In this document: one piece after another, positions 59,716-64,000 of the stretch
Numbering within the stretch: the stretch's first letter is position 1
How the letters are laid out: every line of letters starts with the position of its first letter
Assembly (NCBI GenBank): GCA_964391975.1
Contig: CAYMNZ010000001.1
Location: 326,978-390,977 of the forward strand
Direction: 5' to 3'
DNA: 64,000 nt
Origin: an uncultured Candidatus Saccharibacteria bacterium
GTDB taxonomy: Bacteria; Patescibacteriota; Minisyncoccia; Phycocordibacterales; Phycocordibacteraceae
Program-made: the position numbers and the translations under genes
Notes under the pieces: generated by a model
Told to the model about the DNA's origin: nothing
Database searches by the model: none
Seen by the model: only the letters and a program-made list of their open reading frames with translations

Positions 59716-60819
59716 TTAGGTCGTAAACAGCTTGAAGAGGTCGCTCGCAGTAATCGCAAACATGAGAAGGAGAAGGAACGCAAAGCCTGCGGTGTTCACT
59801 GCTGCGGCGACACCCTTTGGAATTGGGCGGCGGATGATGGACTCGATGATGACAAACAGCAGTCTGCCGCCATCAAGCGCAGGGACGGGAAGCAAGTTAA
59901 TGAGTGCGAGGTTCACCGAGATGATGGCAGTGAGCGAGAGGAGCGAGGCAAAGCCGTTGCCTGCAGCGGTTCCCACGGCTCCTGCGATACCAACAGGGCC
60001 TGAGACCTGAGAGAGGTCTGCCGAGAGCGTGAAGATGCTACCGAAGAAGTTCCAGAGTCCTACCGCCGTCTGCTTCGTCACTTCCCAAGTAATGCGCGCG
60101 CCTTCGATTGGAGCTTCAAGTGGCGAGACGGCAAGTGTGCCGACCACTCCAACGCCAACCCCCAGTGCGTAGCGAGAAGGGTCAGATGCTGCGATTCCCT
60201 GGCGAGGAATAGCATTCACAGTTATCTCTTCTCCGTTTCGCTCGATGGTGAGCGTAATTTCTTCCCCAGTCGTGTCCTTGGCGATAAAGGCCGTAAAGGC
60301 TTCCGGGTCTGGAGCAGAGAAGACCTGCTCGTCGACGGTTGCCGAAACGATGGAGTCGCCGACTTGGATTCCTGCACCTTCGGCAGGAGAACCTGGAAGC
60401 ACGCTTGCAATCATGATGGCAGCATCAGGAGCATTCATTGCCTCTTGAGCAGTGAGCGCGCGCGGCACACCAAGTCCGAGCGTTATTGAAAGAAGCACCC
60501 ACGCGAAGACAAGGTTCATTGCAATGCCCGCAATGAGCACCAGCGCCTGCACGATGCGAGGTTTACTGACAAAAGAACGTGCAGCCGCACCTCCCTCTTC
60601 ACTCTCGTCTTCCCCATATATCTTCACGAAGCCACCAAAGGGCAACCAGTTGAGGGTGTACTCGGTGTCCCCTTTCTTAGCGACCGTCAGTGCGCGCGGT
60701 GGGTAGCCAATACCAAACTCATCTACACGCATCCCTGCCCACTTGGCAGCAAAGAAGTGGCCCAGTTCGTGGACCACGATGAGCACCACGAGAACAATGA
60801 TGAAAAGGAGGATGGACAT
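59716..60819 (-). CDS. rseP: RIP metalloprotease RseP (M50 + PDZ)
   Basis: HELGH, PFGGFV, PDZ domain, [11 protein letters not shown]. Confidence 0.93.
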   Translation of the reverse strand: MSILLFIIVLVVLIVVHELGHFFAAKWAGMRVDEFGIGYPPRALTVAKKGDTEYTLNWLPFGGFVKIYGEDESEEGGAAARSFVSKPRIVQALVLIAGIAMNLVFAWVLLSITLGLGVPRALTAQEAMNAPDAAIMIASVLPGSPAEGAGIQVGDSIVSATVDEQVFSAPDPEAFTAFIAKDTTGEEITLTIERNGEEITVNAIPRQGIAASDPSRYALGVGVGVVGTLAVSPLEAPIEGARITWEVTKQTAVGLWNFFGSIFTLSADLSQVSGPVGIAGAVGTAAGNGFASLLSLTAIISVNLALINLLPVPALDGGRLLFVIIESIIRRPIPKGVAAAVNTAGFAFLLLLMFAITASDLFKLFTT

Positions 60820-61370
60820 TAGTTGCTTATCTCCCCTTCCTTCTTCTTGGCGAGTGCCTCAAGTGCTGCGGTGCCTCCATCAATGAGCTTTTGCACTTCT
60901 TCCTTGTAGCGCTTCACGTCATCAATGCCCATGCCGCCTTCTTTCTCAGCTGCATCAATCTCACGAATGGTCTCACTGCGGTGACCGCGCAGTGTGATGC
61001 GCGCGTCCTCAAGCTTCTCGTTGGCAAGCTTCATGAGGAGCTGACGGCGCTCAGCAGTAAGTTCTGGAAACGACACGCGCAGCCCCTGGTCATCAGTTGA
61101 TGCAGACACACCGAGGTCTGCCTCAGCAATCGCCTTTTCAATTGCTTTCCCGTTGTCCTTGTCCCAGGGAATAATGCGAATAGTGCGAGCGTCCTCCACC
61201 GAAAGCGAGGCTACCTGCTGTATGGGAGTACGGGCGCCGTAGACTTCCGGTTTGATGGAATCTAGGAGTGCAACGGAAGCGCGGCCAGTGCGGATACCAG
61301 AGAACTCCCGAGAGAGCCATTCCTCGGTCTCCTTAATATTGTTCTTGAGTTTGGTGAAGTCGTATGCCAT
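60819..61370 (-). CDS. frr: Ribosome recycling factor
   Basis: IRTGRAS, IEKAI, PELTAERR. Confidence 0.96.
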   Translation of the reverse strand: MAYDFTKLKNNIKETEEWLSREFSGIRTGRASVALLDSIKPEVYGARTPIQQVASLSVEDARTIRIIPWDKDNGKAIEKAIAEADLGVSASTDDQGLRVSFPELTAERRQLLMKLANEKLEDARITLRGHRSETIREIDAAEKEGGMGIDDVKRYKEEVQKLIDGGTAALEALAKKKEGEISN

Positions 61371-61375
61371 TGCCT

Positions 61376-62050
61376 CTATCTTACCAAATCCTTGGGCATT
61401 GTGAGCATAAGGTGCTCGAAGATGGGTTTTAGGGGTGCGGAGCTCTCATGGAGGATCGGCACGAAGCGGCTAAGGTCTTCAAGAAAGGCGGCCATGTCTG
61501 GAGTCCTCTCCTTTGTATAGGCTTCGCGAAGCAGCCCTTCTACGAGGAGCCTCGCATCAATGCGAGCAAGACGCTTCTCTTCCTCCTTGTCTGACTTCAT
61601 CCGGTCGAGCACGCGGTCGATGATTTTCTGCTTTCCGGCTTTGGTAGCTTCTAGAAACTCAGTTGCTATCTCGCTCTCTTCGCGTTCACGCGAACCTGGT
61701 AGCGGTTGCAGGCGAGAACGGAGCGTCGCGAGTATGTTCCCTTCTGACGGCACGATAAGAAAAAGGTACGTTCCTTCTGGTGGTTCCTCAAAGAGTTTCA
61801 ACAGTGCGTTCTGCGCCTCATGAAAGAAGCGGCCGGCAGACATGACAATGGCCTTCGAGTTCCCCGTCACTGGTGCCTGGCGTGCGAAGTCTCCGAGTGC
61901 CCGAGCGTCGTCAACTGAGAGCAGTCCATAGCGCGCGACCATCACGTCTGGATTTCCAGTCGTAGGGAGTTTTAGCTCCTTCTCGATGAACGCGAGAGAC
62001 CTCTCAATCCCCTCCTCTGCAAGTCCTCCGAAAAAGTACGCGTGGCTCAT
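61376..62050 (-). CDS. holB: Truncated DNA polymerase III delta' subunit
   Basis: HAYFF, NPD, AQNALLKLFEEPP, TLRSR; no P-loop or zinc module. Confidence 0.8.
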   Translation of the reverse strand: MSHAYFFGGLAEEGIERSLAFIEKELKLPTTGNPDVMVARYGLLSVDDARALGDFARQAPVTGNSKAIVMSAGRFFHEAQNALLKLFEEPPEGTYLFLIVPSEGNILATLRSRLQPLPGSREREESEIATEFLEATKAGKQKIIDRVLDRMKSDKEEEKRLARIDARLLVEGLLREAYTKERTPDMAAFLEDLSRFVPILHESSAPLKPIFEHLMLTMPKDLVR

Positions 62051-63060
62051 CGCTTAGCAAGAATGCTCTTCTTATAGGTATCAAGGTGTCGAAGCGCGAT
62101 ACCAGTACCGCGGGCCACACAGAAGTAGGCGTCTTGGGCGAGCTTGGCAGTCACGCCGGTGCGACGGTAGACCAGCTCAGGCATCATGCGCAGTTGGCTC
62201 GTGCCTCCGGTAAGGATGATGCCGTTGTCGATGATGTCGGAGGCGAGTTCCGGTGGGGTGTCCTGAAGCACCTTGCGAATAGCATTCATCATGTCGCGCA
62301 GATCGCGGTTCATGGCCGTCACAATTTCATTGCTCCGCAGCTCCACCGTGCGCGGAAGGCCTGAGACAAGGTCACGGCCCTTCACCGACATAGAGAGCTC
62401 CTCATCGAGTGGGACGGCCGCTCCTACTTTTATCTTCACGTCCTCAGCGGTCTTGTCGCCAATAGCAAGGTTGTACTGCTTCTTGAGGTAATCAATGATA
62501 GAACGGTCAAGCGCATTGCCCGCCACTTTCACGCTTGTTGAAGCGACAATACCTCCTAAAGAAATCACGGCCACGTCGATAGTGCCGCCGCCCATATCAG
62601 CGACCATGCGGCCCATCGGCTCCTGTATAGAAATGCCAGCACCAATGGCGGCAAGAATTGGCTCCTTCACAACGAATGCGTCTGCTGCTCCGGCCTTCAC
62701 TGCCGCTTCAATCACTGCGCGCTTTTCAGTAGAAGACACTCCTGCGGGAACAGAGACAAGAACTGTTGGCTTCCAGATGTTCCACTTCCCCAAAGCTTTG
62801 CGCATGAAGTAACGAAGCATTGCTTCGGTCACGCGGTAGTCGGCGATAACGCCGTCTTTCATTGGCCGGTACGCAATGATGGAGTCGGGTGTGCGTCCCA
62901 CCATCTGCTTTGCCTCAGTGCCGATAGCGAGCACCTTGTTGTTCTCAACTGAGACGGCAACTACTGAAGGCTCATTGAGTACCACCCCCTTCCCAGGCAC
63001 GAACACGAGCACGTTGGTGGTGCCGAGGTCGATGCCGAGACGAGGTGAGAAGAAAGCCAT
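62047..63060 (-). CDS. mreB: Second MreB/Mbl-family actin
   Basis: GIDLGTTN, NEPSVV, RPMKDGVIAD, DMGGGT, TPPELASD. Confidence 0.93.
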   Translation of the reverse strand: MAFFSPRLGIDLGTTNVLVFVPGKGVVLNEPSVVAVSVENNKVLAIGTEAKQMVGRTPDSIIAYRPMKDGVIADYRVTEAMLRYFMRKALGKWNIWKPTVLVSVPAGVSSTEKRAVIEAAVKAGAADAFVVKEPILAAIGAGISIQEPMGRMVADMGGGTIDVAVISLGGIVASTSVKVAGNALDRSIIDYLKKQYNLAIGDKTAEDVKIKVGAAVPLDEELSMSVKGRDLVSGLPRTVELRSNEIVTAMNRDLRDMMNAIRKVLQDTPPELASDIIDNGIILTGGTSQLRMMPELVYRRTGVTAKLAQDAYFCVARGTGIALRHLDTYKKSILAKR

Positions 63061-63116
63061 TTGCACCATCATACAGTCTAGGGGCGTTGAGTTCAAAAAA
63101 TGCTACTATCCCTTCA

Positions 63117-64000
63117 ATGCCTAAAGAGGAGATTAGCTTCGCCATCGACGGCGGAAAACAGCTTAAAGGCTCGGTGCTGACGAACCGTTCAAAGAACGGC
63201 GCTGTTGCCCTGCTTGCCGCTTCCCTTCTAAATAAAGGAACGACCACCCTCCTCAACGTCCCTAAGATAGAGGAGGTCAATCGCCTCATTGAAGTGTTGG
63301 AATCCATCGGCGTCTCCGTCGTCTGGAACGACCACACGCTCACCGTCACTCCCCCCGAGAAGCTTTCGCTCGATGCAATGGACCGTGTCGCTGCAACAAA
63401 GACCCGCAGCATTCTTATGTTCATCGGTCCCCTGCTCCACCTCTTCAAATCCTTTGACCTTCCACAATCTGGTGGCTGCACACTTGGACTTCGTTCAGTG
63501 CGCTCGCATCTCTGGGCGCTAGAGAACTTTGGCGTCGACATCGAAGCAAGAACCGACCATTTCCATATCACCCACGACGCGCTCAAGCCCGCAAACGTCA
63601 TCTTCTACGAATCAAGTGACACCGCGACTATCAACGCCCTCTTGGCAGCTGCCCGCATCCCAGGCACGAGCGTGCTGCGCTACGCGTCCGCTAATTACCA
63701 GGTCCAGGAAGTGTGCGGCTACCTGAAGATGCTCGGAGTCGGCATTGAAGGCATCGGTACCACCACCCTCTCCGTCACCGGTCTTCCAGAAATAAAGTCG
63801 GACGTTTCCTACTCTGTTGCTGAGGATCCGACCGACGCCATGTTCTTTATCGCCGCAGCGGTGGTCACACGCTCGAAGTTCACGGTAGAGCGCGCGCCTA
63901 TTGAATTTCTTGAAGTCGAACTTTCGGTGCTCGAGAAGATGGGACTGAAATTCTCTGTCACACCTGTGGGCATGTCTGAAAACGGCATCACTAAACTTGC
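63117..64000 (+). CDS. murA: UDP-N-acetylglucosamine 1-carboxyvinyltransferase, 3' end outside window (not in ORF track)
   Basis: Hand translation: MPKEEISFAIDGGKQLKGSV..SKNGAVALLAASLL..NVPKIEEV..PQSGGCTLGLRSV. Confidence 0.92.
   Translation, partial: MPKEEISFAIDGGKQLKGSVLTNRSKNGAVALLAASLLNKGTTTLLNVPKIEEVNRLIEVLESIGVSVVWNDHTLTVTPPEKLSLDAMDRVAATKTRSILMFIGPLLHLFKSFDLPQSGGCTLGLRSVRSHLWALENFGVDIEARTDHFHITHDALKPANVIFYESSDTATINALLAAARIPGTSVLRYASANYQVQEVCGYLKMLGVGIEGIGTTTLSVTGLPEIKSDVSYSVAEDPTDAMFFIAAAVVTRSKFTVERAPIEFLEVELSVLEKMGLKFSVTPVGMSENGITKL

Noticed and set aside
1-64000. CRISPR array, DGR, intron or alternative genetic code
   Set aside because: No periodic repeats, reverse transcriptase or interrupted genes seen; TGA acts as stop and conserved genes are intact under code 11

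Overview
Chromosomal, gene-dense window (genetic code 11, TGA used as stop). Gene content and style point to a Patescibacteria/CPR genome, probably Parcubacteria; this is an inference from class I LysRS, archaeal-type AspRS, short ProRS, truncated HolB and minimal intergenic spacing. It holds housekeeping genes (dnaK-dnaJ, fba, prs, seven aminoacyl-tRNA synthetases, tRNA-Tyr, tRNA-Glu, scpA/scpB, dnaB, recR, rmuC, radC, greA, frr, L9/L21/L27), a peptidoglycan/division set (two separated halves of the dcw cluster, mreB-mreC-mreD?-mrdA, a second mreB, murA) and about 15 hypothetical genes. I saw no integrase, transposase, prophage or CRISPR array. The main hidden structure is a probable replication terminus. 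Gene orientation converges at about 28 kb, the only long non-coding gap holds a 28-bp dif-like site (28049-28076), and all 13 GGGNAGGG (KOPS-like) octamers found by eye point toward it. Other notable signals are: pervasive leaderless-type promoters (-10 box 6-8 nt before ATG); MraZ boxes plus a perfect DnaA box at the dcw promoter; an unannotated three-gene module ending in a multi-TM histidine kinase with no adjacent response regulator; and a 31-aa ORF below the ORF-track cutoff. All calls come from motif recognition by eye; no database searches were run.
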